A DNA stretch of 64,000 bases, taken from a virus. A program made the position numbers and the translations under genes. The number at the start of each line of letters is the position of its first letter. Position 1 is the stretch's first letter. Location: positions 1 through 64,000 of the IMG/VR virus record IMGVR_UViG_3300005841_000001; one strand, written 5' to 3'. A model generated the notes under the pieces. It was not told where the DNA came from and made no database searches. It was given only the letters and a program-made list of their open reading frames with translations. Below are positions 37,314 through 46,342 of this stretch, one piece after another.

Positions 37314-37586
37314 GACAGAAGAGGCGACCTGGGGTTTTACGTTCAGATACCGCCGGTGTCTGCACCTGCATACACCCCCCTGCTAGTAACCCTGCGTAGT
37401 CTCCTAACAGAATCGTTATCTCAGAGAGACAGGATCATGGTAAGAATAAAGGAACGTTACCTAACATAACTCTCCGTAGTTCGATCTTGAAACCGCCACT
37501 TTGTCACGGTGAAGTAACGGCACATACCGACCGGAGCGGCGCGGCGATCGAGCCAACTCGGCTAGCCACGCCGTACGCTGTGCCTC

Positions 37587-38240
37587 ATGGTCAAGACCCC
37601 GCCCGAGTTCCACGGCTCCGGCACCGGCGACGAGACGCGGGACTTCGACCTGCCGCACGACCTGCCCGACGACGAGTTCGGGCGCGCGCTGGTGGCGAAG
37701 TACCGCGGCCGGCTGCCCTACTACGGTTCGCCCGACGTGCGGCAGATTCAGTTCGCGAACGGCTTCGCCGAGCTCGCCGCGGTCGCGTTCGCGCGGGCCG
37801 AGTTCTACGGCGCGTTGCTGGCCTCCCAGTTCGCCGACGACGGCATGAGGGGCATCGTCGGGTACGAGATGGCCGCGACGATGGCCACGCGCGATTCGGA
37901 CCCGGAGATCTTCAAGAAGCTCGAGCGCGTCCGCGCGCTGGTGGAGCTCGAGGCGGCGGAGCGGGACCGGGCCGCGGCGATGACGGAGAAGGGCATCCGG
38001 CTCGGCATGGAGGCCTCGAAGGTCGACGCGCTGCGCTCCTACGGGCAGACGGTGGCCCAGTTCGCCCGGGCGATGGCGGAGGAGTTCGGGATCAACTGGA
38101 GCGACCCGGCGACCCGCCGCGGTGTGCAGCGGGCGCTACTGGCAGCGCGTCAACGACTGGGGTTCGAGCTGCGCACACCGGCCGAGGCCGGCCCGGCGCT
38201 GACGGCCGAAGAGAAGGTGCGCGTACGCGATGACGGCTGA
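37587..38240 (+). CDS. putative terminase small subunit
   Basis: Helical L-x-x-LE-x-x-ERDR...I-x-LG pattern, next to the non-coding island and co-oriented with terL; function inferred. Confidence 0.45.
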   Translation: MVKTPPEFHGSGTGDETRDFDLPHDLPDDEFGRALVAKYRGRLPYYGSPDVRQIQFANGFAELAAVAFARAEFYGALLASQFADDGMRGIVGYEMAATMATRDSDPEIFKKLERVRALVELEAAERDRAAAMTEKGIRLGMEASKVDALRSYGQTVAQFARAMAEEFGINWSDPATRRGVQRALLAARQRLGFELRTPAEAGPALTAEEKVRVRDDG

Positions 38241-38258
38241 CGACGGAAAGGCCTCGCG

Positions 38259-38654
38259 ATGAGCTGGAAGTCAGGACTGTCTCGGCTGCTCGGGCAGGAC
38301 ATCGGGGCGGCGCTCGGCGAGTACGTCCCGCCGAAGACCCCGCTGGCCGAGCAGCCTGTGCCTGGCACTCGTGCGGCGCCCTCGGTGCTCGCCGCCGCAC
38401 GCGAGACGTTGGAGGAGGGCCGCGCGTTCGCCCCGCACTGCGACGCCCGGATTCTGCACCAGCCCGGCGAGTGCTGGTCGTGCGACCTGTACCCGGACTG
38501 GCAGGCCTTGCGGAAGTTGTGGGGCATCGCGTTCACCGGGCGCCAGCCGGCCGGCGACCAGCTGCCCTGCCCGGCCGATCACAGCCGGCCGCCCGGCTCG
38601 CCGTCCGATCACCGGCGGTGGGGGCCGAACACGGCGCAGGGCGACCTCACATGA
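38259..38654 (+). CDS. conserved actinophage hypothetical protein
   Basis: PHCD-x-RILH-x-PGEC-x-x-CD-x-x-PDWQ. Confidence 0.7.
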   Translation: MSWKSGLSRLLGQDIGAALGEYVPPKTPLAEQPVPGTRAAPSVLAAARETLEEGRAFAPHCDARILHQPGECWSCDLYPDWQALRKLWGIAFTGRQPAGDQLPCPADHSRPPGSPSDHRRWGPNTAQGDLT

Positions 38655-39097
38655 GCGCGAGCGACTTCCCGTACCTGCCGGCCGCGAGCCCGGCCAGTCT
38701 TCCGCCCGTCGAGGACGAGCTGCACCGGACAATCACCGCCGAGCTGCTCGAGGGCTGGAACAAGCTCATGGCCGACGTCGAGCGCGAGCTGCTCGGCGAC
38801 CTCGACCAGTTCCGGCCGCGCGGGATCCTCGCCGCCCTCGAGGCGCCCGGGTCGCTCGAGGTGGCCGAGCCGGCACCGCCGTTCACGCTCACGCGGCAGT
38901 TCGACGAGGCGCTGGAGCGGCTCTACGCGCCGATCGACCGGCGGGCGTGGGAGACGCGACCGGAGCCATGCGACCCGCGATCGGTTGAGCCGCCGGCGCT
39001 GCCCGTGGTGCACGTTGAGCGCTGGCACCTGCCGATCCCCGGGTCGTACGACCTGCCGCCGTCGCGGTGGTCGCGGCCGCTGTGGGCGTGGCCGTGA
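38651..39097 (+). CDS. hypothetical protein
   Basis: ATGA overlap. Confidence 0.6.
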   Translation: MSASDFPYLPAASPASLPPVEDELHRTITAELLEGWNKLMADVERELLGDLDQFRPRGILAALEAPGSLEVAEPAPPFTLTRQFDEALERLYAPIDRRAWETRPEPCDPRSVEPPALPVVHVERWHLPIPGSYDLPPSRWSRPLWAWP

Positions 39098-39273
39098 CGC
39101 TCTTCGAGCCGGAGCACCCGTGCCGCGTGATGGAGACCCGGCCGTGCCCGACCGACTACGCGGGCACGTGCGGCGACCGGCCTTGCGCCCGGTTCGAGTC
39201 CGACGACCCGACGCCGTGGGCCGTCGACGTCGCGGCGTGGCGCGCCGAGTACGCCCGCGAACGGGCCGGCTGA
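39094..39273 (+). CDS. small Cys-rich hypothetical protein
   Basis: GTGA overlap. Confidence 0.5.
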   Translation: MTLFEPEHPCRVMETRPCPTDYAGTCGDRPCARFESDDPTPWAVDVAAWRAEYARERAG

Positions 39274-39288
39274 CGTGACCACCAGCGC

Positions 39289-39330
39289 ACACGAAAGCCC
39301 CGCCCGGTGCGCCTGGGCGGGGCTTCGTGT
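39289..39330. terminator. bidirectional hairpin terminator
   Basis: ACACGAAAGCCCCGCCC...GGGCGGGGCTTCGTGT between convergent genes. Confidence 0.7.
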
Positions 39331-39340
39331 CTGGCCGGTC

Positions 39341-39646
39341 CTACTTGGTCATGACGCGGATCTTGCGCTTCGCGGGGTGAATGATCTTGCGCACGCCGTC
39401 GTTGTCGTAGCCGTGCAGCGAGCCGTCGGCCTGCGGCACGAAGCGGGTGCGGCAGAACAGTCGCACGCCGTCGCGCATGCGGCCCGCGGACTCCCACAGG
39501 ACGAGGATCTCGCCGACGGTGCCGGTGGCGGCCAGCTCGGCGGCGGTGAAGACGTCGTTGCGGGCGGTGTTGCTGCGCAGGGTGTGGCGGCCGGTGAAGG
39601 TGTCGGCGGCGATGAACGGGGCGGCGGGGGCGGTGGTCGTGGTCAT
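39341..39646 (-). CDS. hypothetical protein (leaderless)
   Basis: ATG 6 nt after the -10 box. Confidence 0.75.
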   Translation of the reverse strand: MTTTTAPAAPFIAADTFTGRHTLRSNTARNDVFTAAELAATGTVGEILVLWESAGRMRDGVRLFCRTRFVPQADGSLHGYDNDGVRKIIHPAKRKIRVMTK

Positions 39647-39652
39647 AAGAAG

Positions 39653-39681
39653 AGACTAGCCGAGCGAACTCGGCTAGTCAA
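39653..39681 (-). promoter_or_regulatory. operator-promoter element 7 (perfect palindrome)
   Basis: GACTAGCCGAG-CGAA-CTCGGCTAGTC. Confidence 0.9.
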
Positions 39682-39688
39682 GCCTCGG

Positions 39689-40360
39689 TCAGGCGCCGGC
39701 CTCGCGCGCCTGCGCCGCCTTGATCCGGTAGTCCAGTCGCTCGAGCCGGTTCGACAGCGCGGTGTAGCGCTCAAGGTCGCGGTCGAGCTGCTCGAAGCGT
39801 CGGCGGCCGGCGTTGCGCGCCGCGCGCGACCGCGCGTTCGGCGACAGGTTCACGATCGCCGGGTCGTCAGAGCCGGCGCCGGTGATCTTGTCCATCCGGG
39901 CCTGAACCTTGTCGCGTTCCTCGATCAGCGAGGCCGCCGAGCGGTACGTCTGGGGGCGGCGCTCACGCTTCGGGGTGGGCTTCTCCTCGGGCACGATCAC
40001 GAAGTCCTCGTCGCCGGCCCGGATGAACCATTCCAGCAGCGGCGGCAGAGTGCGGTCGCCGCCGTTGCGGTGGATCCAGGCGGCCTGCCGGGCGAGCAGA
40101 ACCGCGATGTAGGCGTCGCCGTCGATCGGCTCGGTCAGCGGGGCCGGCTCGGGCACCTCGACCGGCTCGATCTTCTCGGCGCCGTCCTCGACGAAGTCGC
40201 TCATGATCGAGGTGCGCACGACCAGGATCTTGCCCGGCTTGTCCCAGCCGCCGGCGCCCTCGATCACCTCGACCTCGTAGAAGCCCGCGTTGATCATCTT
40301 GATCACGTTGACGGTGGCGCGGAGGGTGGGGCCGCAAGTGACGGTGGCGGTGCCGATCAT
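39689..40360 (-). CDS. hypothetical protein
   Basis: AAGGAG RBS. Confidence 0.75.
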   Translation of the reverse strand: MIGTATVTCGPTLRATVNVIKMINAGFYEVEVIEGAGGWDKPGKILVVRTSIMSDFVEDGAEKIEPVEVPEPAPLTEPIDGDAYIAVLLARQAAWIHRNGGDRTLPPLLEWFIRAGDEDFVIVPEEKPTPKRERRPQTYRSAASLIEERDKVQARMDKITGAGSDDPAIVNLSPNARSRAARNAGRRRFEQLDRDLERYTALSNRLERLDYRIKAAQAREAGA

Positions 40361-40390
40361 GGTGTGCTCCTTGTTCTCGGTGATGACACA

Positions 40391-40419
40391 AGACTAGCCG
40401 AGTTTGCTCGGCTAGTCAA
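40391..40419 (-). promoter_or_regulatory. operator-promoter element 8
   Basis: TTGACT-AGCCGAGCAAACTCGGC-TAGTCT. Confidence 0.9.
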
Positions 40420-40426
40420 GCATCTT

Positions 40427-40675
40427 TCACCAGATCCGGTGCATCCGTCCCCGGGCCAGGCTCGCGGCCGTCGGCCCGTGCTTCCCGCAGTACGCACGCC
40501 CCGACCGGCCGCCCCAGAACGACCAGCCGAGCGGCTGCCCGATCGCGCGGATCAGGTCGCGCGGGTTGCGCACATCGTTCGGGTAGGTGGCCAGCGCGGC
40601 GGGCCGGATCTCGGCGCCGCACTCGCGCGCGCTGCACCGCGCGCCCATGACGACGAAGTTTTCGATCAAGCTCAT
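40427..40675 (-). CDS. small Zn-binding hypothetical protein
   Basis: C-x4-C...GW...C-x-x-H; GGAGGAG RBS. Confidence 0.65.
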   Translation of the reverse strand: MSLIENFVVMGARCSARECGAEIRPAALATYPNDVRNPRDLIRAIGQPLGWSFWGGRSGRAYCGKHGPTAASLARGRMHRIW

Positions 40676-40678
40676 GAA

Positions 40679-41281
40679 TCAGGCTCCTCCGGCCGCCGCG
40701 CGGGCGTCCTGCTGGTCGGCGAACTCGATGCGCAAGCGCTTCAAGAGGGCCGGGTTGGTGGCACTCAGGTGCGCCGTGAAGGTGTCGAGCAGCCGCGCGA
40801 AGGTGCGCGCGTACCGCATCGTGAACTCGTCGAGGTCGAGCACCTCGTTCTGCCCGGGGTCGAGCACCAGGGCGGAGGCCTGCCGGCCGAGCGCCTCGAC
40901 GACGTCGGTGGCGTTCGGGAATCGGCGCGGCAGACCGAACTCGCGGAGCTTCGTGTAGGTGGCCGAGTCGAGGTCGTTGACCTCCGCCGGGTACAGCTCG
41001 GCGGTGCCGTCGTCGGTCAGCGCGACGTGCTTGTAGGCGAAGTGGATACCGACCGAGCGGTGCGACATGCCGGTCTTGATCAAGCCCTCGTTGAGCAGCT
41101 CGGCGAGGTAGGTCGCGCGCGGCTGGGGCACCGCCACGGCCTGTTCGCCGACCTTCTCGAAGAACTCGTAAGGGTCGGCGCCCGTGCCGACCTTGAGGAT
41201 CACGTCGGTGACGTCGACGCTGCGCAGCGCGAACTCGCGGCCGGCGGCGACCTGGCTGGGGGTGAGCGGCTTCGTGGTCAT
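40679..41281 (-). CDS. hypothetical protein (leaderless)
   Basis: ATG 6 nt after the -10 box. Confidence 0.75.
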   Translation of the reverse strand: MTTKPLTPSQVAAGREFALRSVDVTDVILKVGTGADPYEFFEKVGEQAVAVPQPRATYLAELLNEGLIKTGMSHRSVGIHFAYKHVALTDDGTAELYPAEVNDLDSATYTKLREFGLPRRFPNATDVVEALGRQASALVLDPGQNEVLDLDEFTMRYARTFARLLDTFTAHLSATNPALLKRLRIEFADQQDARAAAGGA

Positions 41282-41287
41282 ACTGCG

Positions 41288-41316
41288 AGTCTAGCCGAGC
41301 TTGCTCGGAGAGTCAA
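41288..41316 (-). promoter_or_regulatory. operator-promoter element 9
   Basis: TTGACT-CTCCGAGCAAGCTCGGC-TAGACT. Confidence 0.88.
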
Positions 41317-41683
41317 GGGTGAAGACGTACACCCGCCGGTCTTCGGGCAAGGCTTCTTCGCACGCGACCATGGCGCGGAACTTCGCCACGGTGATCGGGC
41401 GCGAGGTGGTCTTCTGCGGGGTGTCGCTCGGCGCGTCCTCGACGCTCATGACGTTCAGGCTGTCGCCCGGCTTGCCCGACACCATGCAGGTTTCCGCCTC
41501 GACGTGGTTGATCCGGCCGTTCATCTCCCAGTACACCAGGCCGCCCTCGGTGAACACGGGGTAGACGCCGGGCTCGACCAGCACCGTTTCGGCCGCGCCG
41601 AGCGTCGAGCCGGGCATCGGGAACACGCGGTTGCGCAGTACTTCGACGGTGCCAACCTGGACGCGGGTTTCGGTCTTGGGCAT
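41291..41683 (-). CDS. hypothetical protein
   Basis: AAGGAG RBS; its stop codon lies inside element 9. Confidence 0.7.
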   Translation of the reverse strand: MPKTETRVQVGTVEVLRNRVFPMPGSTLGAAETVLVEPGVYPVFTEGGLVYWEMNGRINHVEAETCMVSGKPGDSLNVMSVEDAPSDTPQKTTSRPITVAKFRAMVACEEALPEDRRVYVFTLDSPSKLG

Positions 41684-41686
41684 CGG

Positions 41687-42223
41687 TTACTCCTTGGTAG
41701 GTTGACGCTGCCAGAGCGGCCGGCGAGCTTGCTCGTCTCGCCACGCGGCGAGTTCTTCATGGCCTTTGACGGTCGGGACGATGTACATCTCTTCGGTCAC
41801 CACGAACCCGTTGCGCTGCAACCAGTTCGCGGCGTTCTGCGCAACCTCGCTGAACCGCGCGGTACCGTCGTCGCCGGAAATCCAGACGTCCTGTCCGGGG
41901 CCGGTTCCGGGGAACCACATCAGGATCTCCTGCTCGGCACACAGCAGCGTCTCGAGCAGCGGCGGCGTCAAGCGGGTGTCGATCACCAGCCCCGAGGCGA
42001 CCGCGCATCGGAACGCGATTTTCGTTTGCCGCGCGCGAGGACCATGCTCGACGCTCACGTAGTACTCGCCAGTGCGAAGGTCGCCGACGCACGGCCCGAG
42101 CAACGGCAGGCCGCCGTCTTCGGGCCGGTGGTGACAGAAGTGCGGTACGTGCGCCTTGTGGAAGCCGTAGTCCGCGCGCTCGGCGGGCGGCCCCCACGTG
42201 ATGCCGCGCGGCAAGGTGCGCAT
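41687..42223 (-). CDS. hypothetical protein
   Basis: In-operon ORF. Confidence 0.6.
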   Translation of the reverse strand: MRTLPRGITWGPPAERADYGFHKAHVPHFCHHRPEDGGLPLLGPCVGDLRTGEYYVSVEHGPRARQTKIAFRCAVASGLVIDTRLTPPLLETLLCAEQEILMWFPGTGPGQDVWISGDDGTARFSEVAQNAANWLQRNGFVVTEEMYIVPTVKGHEELAAWRDEQARRPLWQRQPTKE

Positions 42224-42226
42224 CGG

Positions 42227-42451
42227 CTACAGCTTCGCGATCTCGACGCTGCGGAACGAGCCGGCGACGGCGAAGTAGGTGACGTTCGAGTTGACCCGGT
42301 CGGTGGGGTCGAACTCGAGGCTCCCGCCTTCCCGGACCGCCCTTTCGGCGCGTGCGCGGGCGTAGTTGTGCAGATCGCCCCGGATCTTGATCTTGTCCTT
42401 CTGTCCGTTGTGGAATGTGACCGTGACCTCGATGATGTTGGTAGGAGTCAT
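42227..42451 (-). CDS. hypothetical protein (leaderless)
   Basis: ATG 6 nt after the -10 box. Confidence 0.7.
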   Translation of the reverse strand: MTPTNIIEVTVTFHNGQKDKIKIRGDLHNYARARAERAVREGGSLEFDPTDRVNSNVTYFAVAGSFRSVEIAKL

Positions 42452-42457
42452 TCCACA

Positions 42458-42486
42458 AGACTAGCCGACTTAACTCGGGGAGGCAA
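42458..42486 (-). promoter_or_regulatory. operator-promoter element 10
   Basis: TTGCCT-CCCCGAGTTAAGTCGGC-TAGTCT. Confidence 0.8.
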
Positions 42487-42492
42487 GCTCCG

Positions 42493-43968
42493 ATGACGGA
42501 CTCGCTCACCCGAGACATCGAACGCTGGTGGGGCGCCGAATCCGGCACCGACCTCACCCGCGTCGACTTCGACGCCATCGGCTACGAAGTCGCCGGCATC
42601 CGGGTCTCGAATGCCGTCGCCGACCTCGACCCCCAGCTCTACGAAGCTCTCGCACTGCTCGAGCCGCCGGCCCCCCACCCCTGGCGGCGGACCGCGCTCC
42701 CGCACCAGGTCGAGGCCGCCGAGGCGACCGAGCCCTACGTCCTGATGTGCGCCGGCCGCGGCGCCGGCAAGACCTACACCGCGTCGCACACCCTCACCGA
42801 ATGGATCGAGGAAGAGCCCGGCGACTACGCGATCATCGCGCCCACGTTCGGTGACGCCGTCAAGATCTGTGCCGAGGGCCCATCCGGGTTTCTCAAGGCC
42901 GCCGGCGACCGCGTCGAATCGTTCAACAAGAACGAGTTCATCGTCTACATGACGAACGGTTCACGTGTCGTGCTCGCCTCCGCCGACGCCCCTGACCGCG
43001 TCCGCGGCTGGAACCTCACCGGCTTCTGGGCCGACGAACTCGCGTCCTGGAAAAAGGCTGAGATCTGGGACGAGGGCCTCGAGTTTGCGACCCGCATCGG
43101 GCGCACCCGCCGCATCATCACCACGACCCCGAAGCGCGGCTCGAAAGTCCTCAAAGACCTGCTCAAGCGCGTCGATGCTGAAGACCCTGACGTCAAGCTG
43201 GTCCGCGCGTCCACCTCCGCCAACGCCGCCAACCTGTCCGAGACGTTCCTGCGCACGATCCAGCAGCGCTACGCCGGCACCACCCTCGGCCGGCAGGAGC
43301 TCGACGGCATCCTGCTCGGCGACGTCGAGGGCGCCCTGGTCACCGGCGCCCAGATCGAGCGGGCTCGCGTCCGGCCCGCCGAGGTTCCGGAGCTGTGGCG
43401 GCTGGTCGTCGGCGTAGACCCCGCGGTCACGAACACCTCCGAGAGCGACGAGACCGGCATCATCGTCGCCGGCATCGGGCCGGCACCCGAGGGCTGGGAA
43501 CCGCCCGTCGGCCAGCTCGTGCTCGCCGGCGCGCCGCACATCTACCTGCTCGAGGACGTGTCCGGCCGGCGGTCGGTCAACGCGTGGGCTAAGCAAGCGC
43601 TCATCACCGCTGACGAGTGGGCCGCGGACGCGATCGTCGCGGAAAAGAACCAGGGCTACGACCTGGTCGAATCGAACATCCGGCTCAACGCGCTGGTCGA
43701 CCGGCTCGCCGTGCCGCACGTGCAGCTCGTGCACGCGGCCAAGGGCAAGTTCACCCGGGCCGAGCCGGTCGGCGCGCTGTTCGAGCAGGGCCGGTTGCAC
43801 GTCGTCAACACGATGCCCAAGCTCGAGGACCAGTGGACGGAGTGGATCCCGGGCGACGGCACCGTGTCCCCCGACCGGCTCGACGCCTCGGTGTGGGCGG
43901 TCGTCGGTTTGATGCCGGAGCTCGGGATTGGTGGCTCGGGTGCGGTCAAGATCCTGTCGGCCGGCTGA
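42493..43968 (+). CDS. terL: terminase large subunit
   Basis: PHQ, AGRGAGKT (Walker A), RG-x-N...WADE (Walker B), TTTP, VGVDPA, DETGI, E-x-NQG, K-x-x-RAEP, SPDRLDA. Confidence 0.95.
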   Translation: MTDSLTRDIERWWGAESGTDLTRVDFDAIGYEVAGIRVSNAVADLDPQLYEALALLEPPAPHPWRRTALPHQVEAAEATEPYVLMCAGRGAGKTYTASHTLTEWIEEEPGDYAIIAPTFGDAVKICAEGPSGFLKAAGDRVESFNKNEFIVYMTNGSRVVLASADAPDRVRGWNLTGFWADELASWKKAEIWDEGLEFATRIGRTRRIITTTPKRGSKVLKDLLKRVDAEDPDVKLVRASTSANAANLSETFLRTIQQRYAGTTLGRQELDGILLGDVEGALVTGAQIERARVRPAEVPELWRLVVGVDPAVTNTSESDETGIIVAGIGPAPEGWEPPVGQLVLAGAPHIYLLEDVSGRRSVNAWAKQALITADEWAADAIVAEKNQGYDLVESNIRLNALVDRLAVPHVQLVHAAKGKFTRAEPVGALFEQGRLHVVNTMPKLEDQWTEWIPGDGTVSPDRLDASVWAVVGLMPELGIGGSGAVKILSAG

Positions 43969-44087
43969 CCACCCGGGGCGCGGCGCACGACCGCCGTTGC
44001 AGCCGCCCCGGGTGGCCGTCTCCGGTCGCCCAGCACCTCGACGGTAGGCCGTCCACGGTCGTCCACGCCAGGTGGTTTGGACAGCGA

Positions 44088-44321
44088 TCAGCCGTCGAGC
44101 GCCTCTTTCCGCTGCGGATCGAACAGCTTGTACAGCCGGTACGGCCGGCCGCCGTTGAGCTGCGGGCTCGTCTCCCATGTCGGGCCACCGATCGTCTTAC
44201 CCAGGGCTCGCGCGCAGTTGGCGGCATGTTGGCTCGCCTTGCTGCTGTCGCCGCCGAACACGGCGACGTGGGTCGCCTCGCCGGGCTGCCCGTACATGTA
44301 GGTTGCGCTCGTGGTGGCCAT
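44088..44321 (-). CDS. hypothetical protein (probably leaderless)
   Basis: CACAAT-6 nt-ATG. Confidence 0.55.
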   Translation of the reverse strand: MATTSATYMYGQPGEATHVAVFGGDSSKASQHAANCARALGKTIGGPTWETSPQLNGGRPYRLYKLFDPQRKEALDG

Positions 44322-44389
44322 CACGTGATTGTGCACGGATTGTCGCGGATCTGTCCGGAAGTGTTCGACTTTGTCCAGGCTGCTTGCGC

Positions 44390-44850
44390 ACAACACAACC
44401 CTCCGGGTTAGCTGGAGGCACCTCCTTCTCGGAGTTGCTTCCTAGTTTGACGGCTGGAGCTGCACGACCCCTGTCCCCCGGGACGTTGAGCCATCGCGTT
44501 AGCGCGCGGGAACATCCCGGCAGGGCAGGGCTTTTGGTGACTGGTTTGGTTCACTCGCGGTACCTGTCCGACCGCCCGGCTCTGCACCCCGCGTGGGCGC
44601 GCGGAGAGCCCGGCCCACAGATAGGAGAACAGCCCCCGCGTCCGCGTGCACAGCGGACCAACGGGGGCCGTTCTGTCGTCTGGGTCCTACCCCCCGGGAC
44701 TGGCCACGACCAGTAGACGTATCCCCGGTTTCTGCCGCTTGCGCAGAGCGACCGTGCAACCGGTCCGCGGGCGTTGCTGCGCTCGCCGGCGGTCCGGCGC
44801 GGGCCCGCTGCCTTCTCCCCGCCTCAACGGGGCGGTATGCGGGTCCGCGT
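44390..44850 (-). ncRNA. candidate large structured non-coding RNA
   Basis: TACAAT -10 box at 44856-44861; at least 8 stems, GCAA loops, possible pseudoknot; no credible ORF. Confidence 0.45.
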
Positions 44851-44933
44851 CGACCATTGTACGTTCACGGCGGGCCGTATCCGGAGACGCGCACCGCCGT
44901 GCCGGGCACTCGAAGTCCCGGAGACGGGAGATC

Positions 44934-45284
44934 TTAGCCGTCGACGATCTCGCCCAGTTCCTTCTCGGCTCGCTGGACCAGCGGCAGCATCTCCGTGCAC
45001 GCTGCGCGGTAGCCGGGCGCTTCGTCACTGTCGTCGCAGCCGTCGATGCCGTTCTCGGTGTAGTACACCAGCGACGACAGCGCGTCCCAGCCGAGCGCGG
45101 TCCGCGGGAACCGCAGCACGATCGAGCCGTCGGGTTTGCGCTCGGCCGCCTTGTAGATCCGGCCCAGCTCGACCTCGTCGGGGTACCCTTTGTCCGGCTC
45201 GGTGGCCGGCTCCTCCTTGGCGAAGTAGGCGTCCCATCCGGCGGACAGGGTGACCTCGTAGGTGGGGTCTTCAGTAGTGGTCAT
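44934..45284 (-). CDS. acidic hypothetical protein
   Basis: GAAAGG RBS. Confidence 0.7.
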   Translation of the reverse strand: MTTTEDPTYEVTLSAGWDAYFAKEEPATEPDKGYPDEVELGRIYKAAERKPDGSIVLRFPRTALGWDALSSLVYYTENGIDGCDDSDEAPGYRAACTEMLPLVQRAEKELGEIVDG

Positions 45285-45297
45285 AGGACTGTCCTTT

Positions 45298-45462
45298 CTA
45301 GACGGTCGGGTCGAGCCGCCACGAGGCTGCGCCGGTGACGACGGCGCCGAGGCCGACGAATACGGCGGTGGTGTGGCTTCCGTCGAACGCGATGAGGGCG
45401 AGCTCGATCACCACGCCCACGAGGGTGAGCAGGGCGCAGAACCGGCGGACGTGGCGACGCAT
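45298..45462 (-). CDS. 54-aa 2-TM membrane protein (not in the ORF track)
   Basis: AAGGAG RBS; MRRHVRRFCALLTLVGVVIELALIAF... Confidence 0.6.
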   Translation of the reverse strand: MRRHVRRFCALLTLVGVVIELALIAFDGSHTTAVFVGLGAVVTGAASWRLDPTV

Positions 45463-45464
45463 GG

Positions 45465-46031
45465 CTACTCCTTGAAAGGATTGGCTTCCAGGTTGTTCGT
45501 TTTCAGATGAGCTTCACGGGCGGTGTAGTACGCCGACAGCGGTGCCGCGGTGGCGTGCTCGACGGGTTCGCTCACGCTGCTGATGACGTCGGCCGCGGAC
45601 GCGAGCCACACGCCGTGGTCACCGAGGTCGTGAACGATGAGCCGACACAGCCGGTTGCCGGCCAGCATGTAGATCGGCACCTCGTACTCGGTGAACACCT
45701 GGTCCAGCGACGGGCAGGTGTTCAGCTGCTTCAGCGCCTCGCGCCACGGGTTGCCCACGTTGCCACGTGCCGGTCGGAGCTCGCCCGGACGATGCTGCGT
45801 GCGGCTCAGGCCTTCTGGCGGGGGTTCGCGGCGTTTGCCGTCGACGAAGCCGGTGATCTTTGGGTCGAACGACGTCGCGTCCGCGCTGACCCCGTAGGCG
45901 TGCTGGTGCGGATACTTCTTGTTCCAGTTGCCCAGCACCACCTTCCACCACTCCTCGCGCTGTGCGAGTCGTTCGCGGATGGCGGCGGCGAGCTCAGGGC
46001 TGGTGCGCCATGCGAAGTTGATCTCGCTCAT
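45465..46031 (-). CDS. hypothetical protein
   Basis: GGAGG RBS, ATGA overlap. Confidence 0.7.
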   Translation of the reverse strand: MSEINFAWRTSPELAAAIRERLAQREEWWKVVLGNWNKKYPHQHAYGVSADATSFDPKITGFVDGKRREPPPEGLSRTQHRPGELRPARGNVGNPWREALKQLNTCPSLDQVFTEYEVPIYMLAGNRLCRLIVHDLGDHGVWLASAADVISSVSEPVEHATAAPLSAYYTAREAHLKTNNLEANPFKE

Positions 46032-46342
46032 CCGCGCCGCACCTCCATGAAGTTGAGCGCCGCTGCGATCGCCGAGGCCGCGATCTTCTTGACCTCGTAG
46101 TCGACGTCTTCGTCCTGGTCGTAGTAGAGCACTGCGATTCGGGCGAAGAAGTCGCCGAAGTCGGACTCCACCAAGATCTCGCGGCGCACGTAAGGGATCG
46201 GGGTCGGCTCGACGCCGCCGGCGTACAGGGTCACCGTGGGCAGCATGCCCTCTTCGCGGGTGAACTGGTCGTGGCGCAGCTTCACAGTGCGGCCGTTCAG
46301 CTCGCCGCCGATGACGCGGTACTCCTTGACGTCGGCGGTCAT
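46028..46342 (-). CDS. hypothetical protein
   Basis: ATGA overlap. Confidence 0.65.
   Translation of the reverse strand: MTADVKEYRVIGGELNGRTVKLRHDQFTREEGMLPTVTLYAGGVEPTPIPYVRREILVESDFGDFFARIAVLYYDQDEDVDYEVKKIAASAIAAALNFMEVRRG

Noticed and set aside
39653-39681. Operator as a host LexA SOS box
   Set aside because: The N4 dyad geometry is the same, but the arms are CCGAG/CTCGG, not the actinobacterial CGAAC/GTTCG
39275-42496. 1073-aa + strand ORF and other long antisense ORFs (e.g. 73-1779 -, 16549-18648 +, 21783-23660 +)
   Set aside because: These are shadow ORFs of a high-GC genome; the opposite strand has coupled genes with RBS, promoters and recognisable motifs
44677-44728. HDV-like/theta ribozyme
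   Set aside because: The nested pseudoknot order is similar, but the P3/L3 sequence, P1.1 and the J4/2 strand with the catalytic C are not recognisable
44399-44740. c-di-AMP (ydaO) riboswitch, from GGCAGAAACCGGGGA and CAGCTAACCCGGAGG look-alikes
   Set aside because: The segments are about 300 nt apart, each has a closer local pairing partner, and the central GGGGUGAAUC/GUAGGG core is missing; cmscan is needed to exclude it fully
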